Positions 18,097 to 29,100 of a stretch of 64,000 nt of DNA are shown here, piece by piece. The position numbers were made by a program, and so were the translations under genes. This DNA comes from Terriglobales bacterium (GTDB lineage Bacteria > Acidobacteriota > Terriglobia > Terriglobales > Acidobacteriaceae), in the NCBI GenBank assembly GCA_035262225.1, contig DATFTE010000140.1, positions 155 to 64,154 of the forward strand, read 5' to 3'. The notes beneath the pieces were generated by a model that saw only the letters and a list, made by a program, of their open reading frames with translations, did not search any database and was not told the origin of the DNA. Positions within the stretch are counted from its first letter, which is position 1. Every line of letters begins with the position of its first letter.

Positions 18097-21001
18097 GGTT
18101 GCGCGACGTCCCGTTTCCGTTCAGCATACGCGCCAGAAATTTCCCCGTGTACGAATTGGGCAGCTTGGCAATGGTCTCCGGTGGACCGGTTCCAATGACG
18201 TATCCGCCCTTCTCCCCGCCTTCGGGGCCGAGGTCAATCACCCAGTCCGCGGTCTTGATCACTTCCAGATTGTGCTCAATCACCAGGATCGAACCTCCGG
18301 CATCAATCAGACGCCGGAAGGCGGAGAGCAGCTTGCTGACATCATCAAAGTGCAGGCCGGTGGTCGGCTCGTCGAAAATATAAAGGGTGCGAATGCGCCG
18401 GCGCGCTCCCTCCTGCGAGCCCGAAGGCCGCCCTATATCCTTCGATGCCGGCTGCAGGTGCGCCGCCAGCTTCATGCGTTGCGCCTCTCCCCCGGAAAGC
18501 GTTGTAGCCGATTGCCCGAGACGCAAGTAGCCCAGCCCCACTTCCTCGAGCACGCGCAGCTTATCCACCACTTTGGGAACGCCGGAGAAGAAGTGCAGCG
18601 CTTCCTTTACGGTCAGGTTCAGCACCTCATGAATGTTCTTCCCGTGAAAACGCACCTCGAGCACCTGCGGCTTGTACCGCGTTCCTTTGCACTCCTCGCA
18701 GACGAGCTCCACATCGGCCAGGAACTGCATCTCCACGGTCACCGTACCGTCGCCCTGGCAGGTTTCGCAGCGGCCGCCCGGAATGTTGAATGAAAAGTGC
18801 CCAGAGCCGAAACCGCGCTTCTGCGCGTCGGGAAGGGAAGCAAACAGATCCCGGATTCCGTCGAATGCCTTGATGTAGGTGACGGGATTTGACCGCGGAG
18901 TGCGCCCGATCGGCGACTGGTCCACAAGCACCACGTCATCCACGTATTCCGTCCCTTCGACCCGGTCCCAGGTCACAGCCGCCGGAGTCCCGCCGCTCGC
19001 CTGGCGCTTGGCCGCGCTCACCGCCTGATAAATCACATCGTGCATCAACGACGATTTCCCCGAACCCGAAACCCCCGTGATCGCCACGATCATGCCGAGG
19101 GGAATCGTCAAATCCACATTCTTCAGGTTGTGGGCGCGAGCGCCAAAAATCCGGATTTGTTGGCTGCCTGGTTTCCGCCGCGACGCAGGCAGCTGGATGC
19201 GCAGCTCTTGCGATAGGTACCGCCCGGTAAGCGAAACGGGATTCTGCTTGATCCCCTCGTAAGTACCGATCGCAATCACTCGCCCGCCGTTTTCTCCCGC
19301 GCCCGGCCCCAAGTCGAGAATGCTATCGGAGGCCCGCATGACGTCCGGATCGTGCTCCACGACCAGAATCGTGTTTCCCAGGTCACGAAGATCGTGAAGA
19401 ATTTTGATCAGGCGATGGGTGTCGCGGCTGTGCAGGCCGATCGACGGTTCATCCAGCACATACAGGGTCCCCACCAGCCGCGACCCCAGCGAGGTCGCCA
19501 GCTGAATCCGCTGCGCCTCGCCTCCCGACAGGGTGGATGACAGGCGGTCGAGCGTCAGGTACTCCAGCCCGACTTCATTGAGAAACCGCAGCCGTTCCCG
19601 GATTTCGACCAGCAGCTTCTCGGCGATTGCGGCCTGTTGCTCGGTCAGTTTGAGTGCATCGACAAAGCGCGCCGCCTCCTCCACCGTCATGCTCGAGACC
19701 TGGCAAATGTTCTTGCCGTCGATCTTGACCTCGAGCGCCTCCGGACGCAGGCGCGCGCCTCCGCAGGTTGAACACACCGAATACCCGCGATAGCGGCTGA
19801 GGAACACGCGCACGTGCAACTTGTACTTCTTGCGCTCCAGGTGGTTGAAGAATCCGCGCACGCCGCCGAACCGGCCGTCGCCCTCGATCACTACCCGCCG
19901 CTGTTCGGGTTCGAGTTCCGCCCAGGGAACGTCCAACGGGAGGTCGGCCTGGCGCGCAAATCGCTTCAACTCGGTAAACAGCGGACGATATTTCGGCTTG
20001 GTCCAGGGCTCGATAGCCCCCTCATTCAGGGTCTTCGACTTGTCGGGGATCACCAGGTCAAGATCGAAATCGATGGTGTTGCCGAATCCCTGGCAACGCG
20101 GACAAGCGCCATAAGGATTGTTGAAGGAGAACAAATGCGGCTCGGGCTCCTGGTAGCGCAAGTCGCACTTCTTGCACTCGAAGCGCTGCGAGAAGCGCCG
20201 CCGCTCCGGCGGCGTCTGGTCGCGGGGGACGGTCTCAAAAATCACTTCGCCGGCCTCGCGATACCCGATCTCGACCGCGTCCACAATGCGCGACCGCGCG
20301 TCGGCCGCAACTGCCAGGCGATCCACCAGCACGAACACCGGTTGCGCGAAGTTCACATCGAGCAACGATTCCGGCGTCGAAAATTCGAAGATCTGTCCGT
20401 TCTGATAGAGCCGGTTGAATCCCCGGGTGCGCAGGTCGAGCAGGCGAGCCTTGAGCACGTCATCGCTGCCAGGGGAGACGCTGTTTTTTCTGCCTTTCTT
20501 CTTCCTGTCGACGGATGATACAGCCGCGGCTTCGAGTGGAAACAACACGTTCAGCCGCGTACCAACGCCCAGCACCAGGACCCGCTCGGCGACTTCATCT
20601 ACCGTGTCTTTCCTGACTTCGTTCCCGCACCGCAGGCAGTAGGTACGGCCCACGCGGGCGAAGAGCAAACGCAGATAGTCGTAAATCTCGGTCGCGGTTG
20701 CCACCGTGGAGCGCGGGTTGCGCGTCGTATTTTTCTGCCGGATCGCCACCGCCGGAGCGATCCCGTCAATCACGTCGGCGTCGGGTTTCTCGATCCGCTC
20801 CAGAAACTGGCGTGCGTAAGCCGACAGCGACTCGACATACCGCCGCTGCCCTTCCGCGTAGACGGTGTCGAAGGCAAGAGATGACTTGCCCGATCCGGAA
20901 ACCCCCGTAACGACGGTCAGTGAGTTGTGCGGGATTTCAAAATCAATGTTCTTGAGGTTATGGACCCGCGCCCCGCGAACAACAATGGTTTCCGTGGACA
21001 T
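18083..21001 (-). CDS. uvrA: excinuclease ABC subunit A
   Basis: 972 aa. Two ABC modules ([10 protein letters not shown] twice, LSGGEAQR twice) and UvrA zinc modules (CKKCDLRY...CPRCQG; CSTCGG; CETCQGDG...CEECKG). Confidence 0.97.
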   Translation of the reverse strand: MSTETIVVRGARVHNLKNIDFEIPHNSLTVVTGVSGSGKSSLAFDTVYAEGQRRYVESLSAYARQFLERIEKPDADVIDGIAPAVAIRQKNTTRNPRSTVATATEIYDYLRLLFARVGRTYCLRCGNEVRKDTVDEVAERVLVLGVGTRLNVLFPLEAAAVSSVDRKKKGRKNSVSPGSDDVLKARLLDLRTRGFNRLYQNGQIFEFSTPESLLDVNFAQPVFVLVDRLAVAADARSRIVDAVEIGYREAGEVIFETVPRDQTPPERRRFSQRFECKKCDLRYQEPEPHLFSFNNPYGACPRCQGFGNTIDFDLDLVIPDKSKTLNEGAIEPWTKPKYRPLFTELKRFARQADLPLDVPWAELEPEQRRVVIEGDGRFGGVRGFFNHLERKKYKLHVRVFLSRYRGYSVCSTCGGARLRPEALEVKIDGKNICQVSSMTVEEAARFVDALKLTEQQAAIAEKLLVEIRERLRFLNEVGLEYLTLDRLSSTLSGGEAQRIQLATSLGSRLVGTLYVLDEPSIGLHSRDTHRLIKILHDLRDLGNTILVVEHDPDVMRASDSILDLGPGAGENGGRVIAIGTYEGIKQNPVSLTGRYLSQELRIQLPASRRKPGSQQIRIFGARAHNLKNVDLTIPLGMIVAITGVSGSGKSSLMHDVIYQAVSAAKRQASGGTPAAVTWDRVEGTEYVDDVVLVDQSPIGRTPRSNPVTYIKAFDGIRDLFASLPDAQKRGFGSGHFSFNIPGGRCETCQGDGTVTVEMQFLADVELVCEECKGTRYKPQVLEVRFHGKNIHEVLNLTVKEALHFFSGVPKVVDKLRVLEEVGLGYLRLGQSATTLSGGEAQRMKLAAHLQPASKDIGRPSGSQEGARRRIRTLYIFDEPTTGLHFDDVSKLLSAFRRLIDAGGSILVIEHNLEVIKTADWVIDLGPEGGEKGGYVIGTGPPETIAKLPNSYTGKFLARMLNGNGTSRNHGRT

Positions 21002-21105
21002 CAGTAGTAGGGACCGCTGCCGCCGCCCCAGGGCCGCACAGAAGCGTCCGGAAGCGACTCAGAATCCTTCTATTATAAGGCAACGGAGATTGGACGGGGA
21101 TAGTG

Positions 21106-21336
21106 TCAGGACTCTTCTTCATCCCGCCGTTTGCCGTAGCGGAACGCCAATCCTACCCCGATGATCATGAATCCGGCGGGCGGAGCCAGCAAGATCAGCA
21201 CCCCCCGGCTGATCGCCATTTGACCTTCCCTGGTGCTGCCGGCGGCATTGCTATAGCACATCGCGCACCCCTGAGCGAGAGCCGGCGCGGCCCATAGCAC
21301 CACCAACAAACCCAGTATGGCTAGCCGTAACTTCAT
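21106..21336 (-). CDS. small membrane-anchored CxxC protein, unknown function
   Basis: Start ATG 21336 overlaps the stop of the subunit IV gene (ATGA). [34 protein letters not shown]..., then one TM ([20 protein letters not shown]) and a charged tail. Confidence 0.55.
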   Translation of the reverse strand: MKLRLAILGLLVVLWAAPALAQGCAMCYSNAAGSTREGQMAISRGVLILLAPPAGFMIIGVGLAFRYGKRRDEEES

Positions 21337-21668
21337 CGCACTCCGTACTTGATGATGCGGAAGGCATCGGGGAAGAACACGCACATCATCGCCAGGCAGA
21401 ATACCAGCGACGCCATGGTCAGCCAGCGCATGCGACTGACTTCAAACTTCATGTGCATGAAGTAAGCAATAATCAGGGCCGCCTTGATGATCGACAATGC
21501 CATCAGGATGCTCAGCATGCGCACCGGTTCCATGTTCTGGTAGCCGAGAAAGACTTCGATCCCGGTGATCACCAGCAGCACGCCCCAGACGTAGAAAAAT
21601 GGGGCCTTTGAATGATGGCGATGCTGTTCCGCAACTCGCTCGACGATTTCTTCCTGCACAGCGTCCAT
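21333..21668 (-). CDS. cytochrome c oxidase subunit IV family protein
   Basis: Start ATG 21668 with an AGGAG RBS. Three TMs. [21 protein letters not shown] and [15 protein letters not shown] are typical of bacterial subunit IV (CoxD/CtaF-like). Confidence 0.75.
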   Translation of the reverse strand: MDAVQEEIVERVAEQHRHHSKAPFFYVWGVLLVITGIEVFLGYQNMEPVRMLSILMALSIIKAALIIAYFMHMKFEVSRMRWLTMASLVFCLAMMCVFFPDAFRIIKYGVR

Positions 21669-21682
21669 AACCGTTCCGGCTC

Positions 21683-22483
21683 CTAAAGAATCCTGGTGGA
21701 CATCAGATACACCAGTGGGAAAATGAACATCCACACCAAGTCAACAAAGTGCCAGTAGAGCCCGGCCACTTCCACGTCGCCGGAGTCGTACACCTTCGGC
21801 TTCAACCACAGAACCACGCTGCAAACGACAGCAGCGATGAGGAGAATATGCGCTCCATAATGAAACGGGCTATAGGCCGGAGTCCCCAGCCATGCCAGCA
21901 GCCACAAACCCAGAAGAATGGGGATAAACCTCTTGCGTAGCGCAATCACGCCCAGATAAACGACCCCCAACGTGACGTGCAGCATGTGCATACCGGTCAG
22001 ACCAAAGAACGTCGCCGGAAACTGGGGAACGTTCCTGGTCACATCCAGGAACTCTTTGCTCGGCTCGGCGCTGGGCACCGCCGGGAACAGCGGGAGCGTA
22101 AGGCCCTCGGAGATGAGGTGGCTCCACTCGCGCCCGTGGAGAATGACGAACCCCGTACCGCACGCCATGGTCGCCAGCAGGTACCAGAGCTGCTCCTTGG
22201 CTTTGCCGTCCACCGCCGCCCGCACTGCCAACACCATGGTCAAAGAGCTGGTCAGCAGGAAGGCCGTCATCAACGTAGCATTCAGGATGCTCGAGGAGTG
22301 GAACGGGGTGGGCCAGCCGGGGTTCGAAATCCGGCCGTAGCTGTAGGCATAGAGCAGCGCTCCGAAGGTCAGCGAGTCGGAGAGCAAAAACAACCACATC
22401 CCGATCTTCTTCGAATAGGTGCCAAACAACGATGGCTCGTATACGCCCTCGGCCACCCCGTGTTGCACCGCGACATCAGACAT
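21683..22483 (-). CDS. cytochrome c oxidase subunit III family protein (second copy, CoxP-like)
   Basis: 266 aa, polytopic. Ends with GLYWHFVDLVWMFIFPLVYL, the hallmark of subunit III. Confidence 0.85.
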   Translation of the reverse strand: MSDVAVQHGVAEGVYEPSLFGTYSKKIGMWLFLLSDSLTFGALLYAYSYGRISNPGWPTPFHSSSILNATLMTAFLLTSSLTMVLAVRAAVDGKAKEQLWYLLATMACGTGFVILHGREWSHLISEGLTLPLFPAVPSAEPSKEFLDVTRNVPQFPATFFGLTGMHMLHVTLGVVYLGVIALRKRFIPILLGLWLLAWLGTPAYSPFHYGAHILLIAAVVCSVVLWLKPKVYDSGDVEVAGLYWHFVDLVWMFIFPLVYLMSTRIL

Positions 22484-22504
22484 GGTTTCGGTCTCCTGAT
22501 TGGG

Positions 22505-23257
22505 TTAGCGTGCGATCTCCAGCAGGACAAAGATGTAAATCCACAAGAACGCCATGAAGTGCCAATACCAGGCGGTGGCGTCAACCGCTATGCGCCGCAC
22601 TTCGATCGGCTTGTGAAACACGGCACCCGCAAAGGCGGCATAGAGCAACGCGATAATCCCGCCGGCCAGGTGAACCGCGTGCACTCCGGTCAGCAGATAT
22701 ACGAACGAACTGCTGGCACTGGTCGGCAGATCGAAGCCGCGATTATGCAGCTCCCGCCAGGCCAGCCACTGGCCCAGCAGAAATCCCAGCCCCAGGACCA
22801 CGGTGATCCCCAGCCAGGGAACGCGCCCCTCCTCGCCGACAGAAACCCCTGGGATGGAGCGCACCGGCGCCAGCGCAGCCGCGCGCGCAATCTGCCGCCG
22901 CGCCATCTCCATGGTCACGCTGCTCACGAGCAGTATCAGGGTGTTGACCAGCAGGAGCTGGGTGGGAAGGTTCACCTGCAGCCAGTCGCGCACGTAAGTG
23001 TTGGTCTGATCGTCGAAGGTGGGCAAGCCGCGCCGCACCACCAGCGCGCTGGTCAGCGAGACGAACACCATGGTGATCGACGCCAGCGCGATGATCAGTC
23101 CCAGTCGCACCCGGCGCAGCCGGGCTCCGTAGTTGGGAGACCCGTTCCCGCCCCGGCTGTCGTCGCCTCCGCCGCCGGGCGCGGGTGGTCCCGCACCCCG
23201 GCCGCCTCGGCCGGTCTCGAAATTCTTGAGCGTGACTGTCGGAGACAAGGTCGCCAT
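22505..23257 (-). CDS. cytochrome c oxidase subunit III family protein (first copy, CoxO-like)
   Basis: 250 aa. Gly/Arg-rich N-terminus, then TMs. HAVHLAGGII and WYWHFMAFLWIYIFVLL. Confidence 0.85.
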   Translation of the reverse strand: MATLSPTVTLKNFETGRGGRGAGPPAPGGGGDDSRGGNGSPNYGARLRRVRLGLIIALASITMVFVSLTSALVVRRGLPTFDDQTNTYVRDWLQVNLPTQLLLVNTLILLVSSVTMEMARRQIARAAALAPVRSIPGVSVGEEGRVPWLGITVVLGLGFLLGQWLAWRELHNRGFDLPTSASSSFVYLLTGVHAVHLAGGIIALLYAAFAGAVFHKPIEVRRIAVDATAWYWHFMAFLWIYIFVLLEIAR

Positions 23258-23265
23258 ACCCGTTT

Positions 23266-24999
23266 CTAGTGCGACGGAACAGGTGTCGGATCGGTCTGCA
23301 TGATGTAATCACGCGGCGCGCCCGGCACGCTGTACTCGTACGGACCGTGATAAACCACCGGGGTGTGGCCACCAAAATTGTCGTGCGGCGGCGGTGTCGC
23401 TGTTGTCCACTCCAGCGTGGTTGCTTCCCAGGGATTATCGCTCGCCTTCGGTCCCTTGAACATGCTCCAGAACAGGTTGAACACGAAGATGAACTGGGCC
23501 GCGATGGTGATGAACGCCGCATAGGTGATGAAGGTGTTGAGGGGGATGAGGTGGTGAAGATACCCAACCTCGGTGAACTGCGAGTAGCGCCGCGGTTGAC
23601 CGGCAAGGCCCAGGTAGTGCATGGGCATAAAGATGGCGTACGTTCCGACCAGAGTCAGCCAGAAATGGATTTGGCCCAGGCGTTCACTCATCATGCGGCC
23701 GAACATTTTGGGGAACCAGTAATACGTTGCGGCGAAGATCCCGAAGATCGCGGCCACTCCCATGATCAGGTGGAAATGCGCCGGAACGAACGCGGTATCG
23801 TGCAGCGGAATATCGAGCACCGGCTGGGCAAGGAACGGTCCGCTGAGGCCGCCCGAAACAAACAGGGAAACGAAGCCGATGGCGTACAGCATGGGCGTGT
23901 GAAACCGGATGCGCGCCTTATACAGCGTCCCCAGCCAGTTGAACGTCTTGATGGCGGAGGGCACGCCGATGCACATGGTCATGAGGGAGAAAGCAAAGGC
24001 CGAATACGGGCTCATGCCGCTCATGAACATATGATGGCCCCAGACCATGAATCCCAGGAAGCCAATCGCCATGATGGCGTACACCATCGCCTTGTATCCG
24101 AAGATGGGTTTGCGCGCGAAGGTCGAAAGCACTTGCGAGGCCACACCCATGCCAGGCAGGATCGCGATGTAAACCTCGGGATGCCCGAAGAACCAGAACA
24201 GGTGCTGCCACAGCAGCGGAGAGCCGCCCTTGTGTCCCATGACCTGCCCGTTTACGACGACAAGGGGGACATAGAAGCTGGTGCCGAGATTGCGGTCGAG
24301 CAACAACAGGATTCCGGCCGAGAGCAGCACGCCGAACGCCAGCAACCCCAGAATCGCGGTGATGAACCATGCCCAGACCGTCAGCGGCATGCGCATCAGG
24401 GTCATGCCCTTGGCCCGCAGATCGAGCGTGGTGGTGATGAAGTTGAGCGCACCCATCAACGACGCAACGCAGAAGATGGCAATGCTGGTGATCCACAAGT
24501 CCGCACCCAGTTGCTGCCCTGGACCAGAGGTGGTGAGTGCGCTGAGTGGCGCGTAGCCCGTCCAGCCGTGCAGTGGCGCGCCGCCGGTCACGAAAAATGC
24601 GGCGACGAGCACCACGAATCCCACGAAAGTTGTCCAGAACGAAAGCATGTTCAGGACAGGGAAAGCCATGTCAGGTGCGCCGATCTGGATGGGCAGAATG
24701 TAATTTCCGAAACCGCCTTGTGGCGCCGTCGTCAGCACGAAGAACACCATGAGGGTGCCGTGCATGGTAACCAGGCTGAGGTAGGTTTCCGGTTTGATGT
24801 CGCCAATGAGCGGCAGCACAGCCGTCGGCCAGATCATGTGAATGCGCATCAGCAGGGAAAGGAACATCCCTACAAACACCGATGTCAGCGCCAAAAAGTA
24901 GTACTGGAGCCCGATGACCTTGTGATCAAGACTGAAAATGTATTTCCGGATGAAGCCCTGAGGAGCCGCATGCGCATGAACCGGTACCGTGGTTGCCAT
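23266..24999 (-). CDS. ctaD: cytochrome c oxidase subunit I
   Basis: 577 aa. Heme-copper oxidase signatures LFWFFGHPEVYIAILPGMG and WGHHMFMSG. 12 TMs. Confidence 0.97.
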   Translation of the reverse strand: MATTVPVHAHAAPQGFIRKYIFSLDHKVIGLQYYFLALTSVFVGMFLSLLMRIHMIWPTAVLPLIGDIKPETYLSLVTMHGTLMVFFVLTTAPQGGFGNYILPIQIGAPDMAFPVLNMLSFWTTFVGFVVLVAAFFVTGGAPLHGWTGYAPLSALTTSGPGQQLGADLWITSIAIFCVASLMGALNFITTTLDLRAKGMTLMRMPLTVWAWFITAILGLLAFGVLLSAGILLLLDRNLGTSFYVPLVVVNGQVMGHKGGSPLLWQHLFWFFGHPEVYIAILPGMGVASQVLSTFARKPIFGYKAMVYAIMAIGFLGFMVWGHHMFMSGMSPYSAFAFSLMTMCIGVPSAIKTFNWLGTLYKARIRFHTPMLYAIGFVSLFVSGGLSGPFLAQPVLDIPLHDTAFVPAHFHLIMGVAAIFGIFAATYYWFPKMFGRMMSERLGQIHFWLTLVGTYAIFMPMHYLGLAGQPRRYSQFTEVGYLHHLIPLNTFITYAAFITIAAQFIFVFNLFWSMFKGPKASDNPWEATTLEWTTATPPPHDNFGGHTPVVYHGPYEYSVPGAPRDYIMQTDPTPVPSH

Positions 25000-25809
25000 T
25001 TACTGTTTCTCCGCCTCCCGCGTCGCGATCCATTTATCGAAGTCTTCCTGGCTGACGACCCTGACCACACCGTGCATCTTGTAGTGGCCGAGACCGCACA
25101 GCTCGGCGCAGGCAATTTCGTAGTCGCCGACTTGCGTGGGCGTGAAGTGCATGTGAATCGCAAGACCGGGGACCGCGTCCTGCTTGAAACGGAAGTTGGG
25201 CACAAAGAAGCTGTGAATCACATCCACCGCGCGCAGCGTGAGATCGACTTGCCGGTTGACCGGAAGAAACATGGTACCGGTCACCACATCATCCTTCGCC
25301 GCCGGATCGCTCGTATCCAGTCCGATGGCGGCTTCGTTGCCCGAGGATGGGTCCATCAGCTTGGGACTGGTGGCGCCGAACTTGCCGTCAGGGCCGGGAT
25401 AGCGGAAGTACCACGCAAACTGCATACCGGTGACTTCCACCGGAACCGCGCCGGCGCCGGCCGGTTCGAAGCGCTCCGCCGCCCAGATGTTGCTGCCCAT
25501 CAGGTTTAACCCGATGAACAGGACGGCGGTCAAAGCTGTCCACATCACTTCCAGCTTGATGTTGCCGTGGGAATATTCCACCTTTTCCGATGCCGGACCG
25601 CGATCGCGGTAGCGCCACGCCAGGTAGCCCAGCGCACACTGGGCAAGCACGAAGACCACCCCCATGGCGATGAAGGTGACGGTGAACTGGCGGTCAATGG
25701 CGGGCGCGGCCGCCGCCACTCCCACCGGCAACCACCAGGTTTTTGCGATGAAAAAGTAGGTGCTGACGAAGGTGATCAGCCAGATAACCGCGAGAAGAGC
25801 AAGGCCCAT
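25000..25809 (-). CDS. ctaC: cytochrome c oxidase subunit II (no fused cytochrome c domain)
   Basis: ORF 25000..25845. ATG 25809 is preferred because of its GGGAGGG RBS. Two TMs. CuA site HSFFVPNFRFKQD...CAELCGLGHYKMHG. Confidence 0.9.
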   Translation of the reverse strand: MGLALLAVIWLITFVSTYFFIAKTWWLPVGVAAAAPAIDRQFTVTFIAMGVVFVLAQCALGYLAWRYRDRGPASEKVEYSHGNIKLEVMWTALTAVLFIGLNLMGSNIWAAERFEPAGAGAVPVEVTGMQFAWYFRYPGPDGKFGATSPKLMDPSSGNEAAIGLDTSDPAAKDDVVTGTMFLPVNRQVDLTLRAVDVIHSFFVPNFRFKQDAVPGLAIHMHFTPTQVGDYEIACAELCGLGHYKMHGVVRVVSQEDFDKWIATREAEKQ

Positions 25810-26067
25810 GTACGAACCCTCCCAGGTTCGTTGGTCTTTCCTCACAATTCCGCAGCTTCACGCAGCACGAGGCGGAGAAACTGTGGATGGCCCCGAAGTC
25901 TATCACAGTGGAGTGTGATCGGTGCAAGCGGTTGTTGTGATTTCGAATGCGCAAAGAAAGGCAACACAACGAAGAGCCGCGCAGCTCTCGCGCATCACTG
26001 GGATTAGCGTTCACGCCGGCAAGGTGGGACCGCGGCCCCTCATCCAACCTGGCTTCTGCCTTTCCGC

Positions 26068-26107
26068 AAAGGACACAAAGGGTTACCCAAAATCCTTTGT
26101 GTCCTTT
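26068..26107 (-). terminator. perfect 14-bp stem hairpin downstream of the BNR/sortilin gene
   Basis: AAAGGACACAAAGG (26068-26081) and CCTTTGTGTCCTTT (26094-26107) with a 12-nt loop. On the minus strand the stem ends in UUU. It sits between the 3' end of gene 26129..29575 and the oxidase operon promoter region. Confidence 0.55.
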
Positions 26108-26128
26108 ATGGTTCAAGCCTTTCCGGTC

Positions 26129-29100
26129 CTATTTCTCCTGCCACTCCGGAAGCCGCCCCGGAGTCCAGGGTGCGCCCGCCGACTCCATCGCCTTTTCCAG
26201 ATTGGCGACGTCCACTTGCATCAGCGTGCGGAGTTTCGAGAGTTGCTGGGAGAACTCCTCGGAGGCGATGTTGTAGCCGTCCACGTGCGTCTGCGTGGGC
26301 CTGGCAATCGAGAAGCGCTCACCTTCCATGATGCCCTGCAGGCGATCGTTGATCGAAGGCGGCACATTCTCGCTGCGCGCTGCAATCGCGACGTCGCCGC
26401 GAAGCGCCCGCAGAATCCCGTTGTTCTGCTTCTCGATGGAGTCGGCTTGCGCCGCCAGCGCATCGGAATTCGGCGTGTCCTGGATCGCCTTGCGCATGAC
26501 CTTCAGGTGTTCCTCAAGTTCATTCGCCGAACTGATCGCGCCTGAAACCGCGCGATAGAGGCTCGATACCTTGTGGTTGAACGCCTCCTGCGCCGTCCGG
26601 TCGACCGGACTCACCGCCGATGCGCCATCGGCCACCACGGTGAACGATTGCGCCGTGCCGACCTGCGTGACCGTTCCCTCGACGTTCCTGAACATCTTCA
26701 CCGAGTACTTGCCCGGCAGCACCAGCGGCCCCATGGCACCGGCGCTCGGAAAGTCTTCCTCTTCGCCTCCGCCTTCCCGCTCCGGCAACGACGGTGCAAA
26801 ATACCGCAGATCCCAATTGGTGCGATGGAAGCCCTCGCTGGTGGAGCCCTCGACCCTTCGGATGGGCGCTCCGGAATCGTCATACACTACGAAATACACT
26901 TGCGGCGCGGGCGCCTCGGCCTCCGCCCGCAGCTGGTCGTGCGTGGGGTAGGGAAGCGTCTCATTCTTCTTCGCCGCCTCCTTCTCCGCCTCCTGCCGCT
27001 GCTCCTTGCGGGTCTTCAACTTTTCCTTCAAGTAATAGGTGAAGATCGCGCCAAATGGTGGATTGTCGGCCGCGTAGAACGCATCGCCTTCGAATCCATG
27101 CCTGGGAATGCCCAGCGGCAGCCGTTCGATGTACAGCAGCGGATCCTTCACGGGGAACAGCGCGGCCTCCTGCAGCAAGGTCTCCGGCTTCACCTGGCGC
27201 AGCGGCGCGATGTTATCGAACACGTAAAAGCCACGCCCAAAAGTGGCGATCACCAGGTCGTTCTCCCGCGCCTGGATCACCATGTCGCGCACCGCAGTCG
27301 TGGGCAGCCCGCCTTTCAGCTGAATCCACTTCTGCCCGCGATCGAGACTGAAAAACGCGCCGAACTCGGTGCCCACGAACAGCAAATCAGGATTCACCGT
27401 GTCTTCGGCAATCGCCAGCACCGGGCCGTTCTCCGGCAGATTGGAGGCGATCGAAGTCCAGGTCTTGCCCTTGTCGGTCGACTTCAGCAAGTAGGGCTTG
27501 AAGTCGGAGTTCTTATGGTTCTCAAACGATGCGTACACGGTGTTGGCGTCGAAGTGCGAGGCTGCCAGCCGGCTGACGTAAGTCTTCTCCGGCACACCGG
27601 GAAATTTGTCGTACCTGGTCCAGGAAGCGCCGCCGTCCGTCGTTACCTGGATCAGGCCATCATCAGTTCCCACGTAGATCAGGTTCTCCTGCCGGGGCGA
27701 CTCCGTCAGGGCCACGATGTTTCCGTAGAACGAGGTCGAGGTGTTCTTGGCCACCGCATCCGGGCCCCACACTTTCCCCATCACCGGGAGCTGGTTGCGG
27801 TCAATCTGCCGCGTCAGGTCGGAGCTGATCGCCTTCCAGGTATCGCCGCGATTATCGCTGCGGAACAACCGGTTGGCCGCAAAGTAAATCCGGGTGTGCG
27901 AATGCGGGCTGACCAAGATCGGTGAATCCCAGTTCCAGCGCATCGGCGGTTCGCCCTTGCCTTCCTGCGGCTGAATCAGGATCTGCTCGCCCGTCCGCCT
28001 GTCGAAACGCACCAGCACGCCGTACTGCGATTCCCCGTAAACGGTGTTCGGGTCCTCGGGATCCACCGCCGCATGGAACCCGTCTCCGCCGGTGATGACG
28101 AACCAGTCGGAGTTCATGATCCCGTTGATGTTTTTCGTGCGCGAAGGCCCGCACCACGAGAAGTTGTCCTGCGTGCCTCCGCAGACGTTGTAGAAGGGGA
28201 CCGCGTTGTCCACCGCCACATCGTAGAACTGCACCGTCGGCAGGTTGGCCTTGAACTGCCAGCTGGCAAACTCGTCGAAGCTCTCATACACGCCGCCGTC
28301 ACTGCCCAGCAACAGGTGCTTCGTGTTCTCGGGATCCACCCAGATGGCGTGATTGTCGCCGTGATGATTCACCTCGTTGATCTTGTGCAGCGTCTTGCCG
28401 CCGTCGTCGGAGACGCGAAGCGAAACGTTCATCAGGTAAATGCGGTCCACGTTCTTGGGATCGGCGATGACCTGCCCGTAATACATGGCGCCGGCATCGA
28501 AGTCGTTGCGCTTTTCCCAGGTTGCGCCCCTGTCGGTCGAGCGGAAGACGCCGCCTTTCTTGTTGGCCGCCTCGGCCGTGGCATACACCACGTTGGGATC
28601 AACCGGCGAAACCGCCAGCCCAATGCGTCCCAGATCTTCCGACGGCAACCCGGACTTCAGTTTGTTCCAGGTCGCTCCCGCGTCGGTTGACTTATAGAGG
28701 GCGCTCTCCGGGCCGCCGTCAATCAGGGTAAACACGTGTCGCTGCCGCTGGTAGGCCGCCGCGTAAACGATATCCGGATTCGAAGGATCAATCGCCACAT
28801 CCGCAACGCCGGTGTTTTCACTGATGGTCAGCACCGTTTTCCACGTCTTGCCGCCATCGGTCGTCTTGTAGAGTCCGCGGTCCCCGCCCGGCCCCCACAG
28901 TGGCCCCTCGGCAGCCACGTAGACCACCTTGCTGTCGCGCGGATCCACCACGATCCGCCCGATATGCTCCGACTTCTTCAGCCCCATGTTCTTCCAGCTC
29001 TTGCCGCCGTCGTCGGAGCGATACACGCCGTCGCCGTAGCCCACGCTACGCTGGCTGTTGCTCTCGCCGGTCCCCACCCAGACGACGGACGGATCGTTGG

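Noticed and set aside
21977-23269. 430-aa plus-strand ORF. Similar long shadow ORFs occur at 10352..11284, 13961..14941, 26573..27925 and 31089..32360.
   Set aside because: All lie opposite well-supported genes and have the biased Arg/Gly/His/Pro composition of antisense frames.
23269-25509. 746-aa plus-strand ORF
   Set aside because: It is antisense to unmistakable ctaD/ctaC. The product is Arg/His/Gly/Glu-rich low-complexity sequence typical of mirror frames in high-GC DNA.
26068-26107. The 14-bp perfect inverted repeat as a mobile-element end or protein-binding site
   Set aside because: It is a single copy, located exactly at the 3' end of a long gene, with a U-rich tail on the coding strand. 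A transcription terminator is the simpler explanation.
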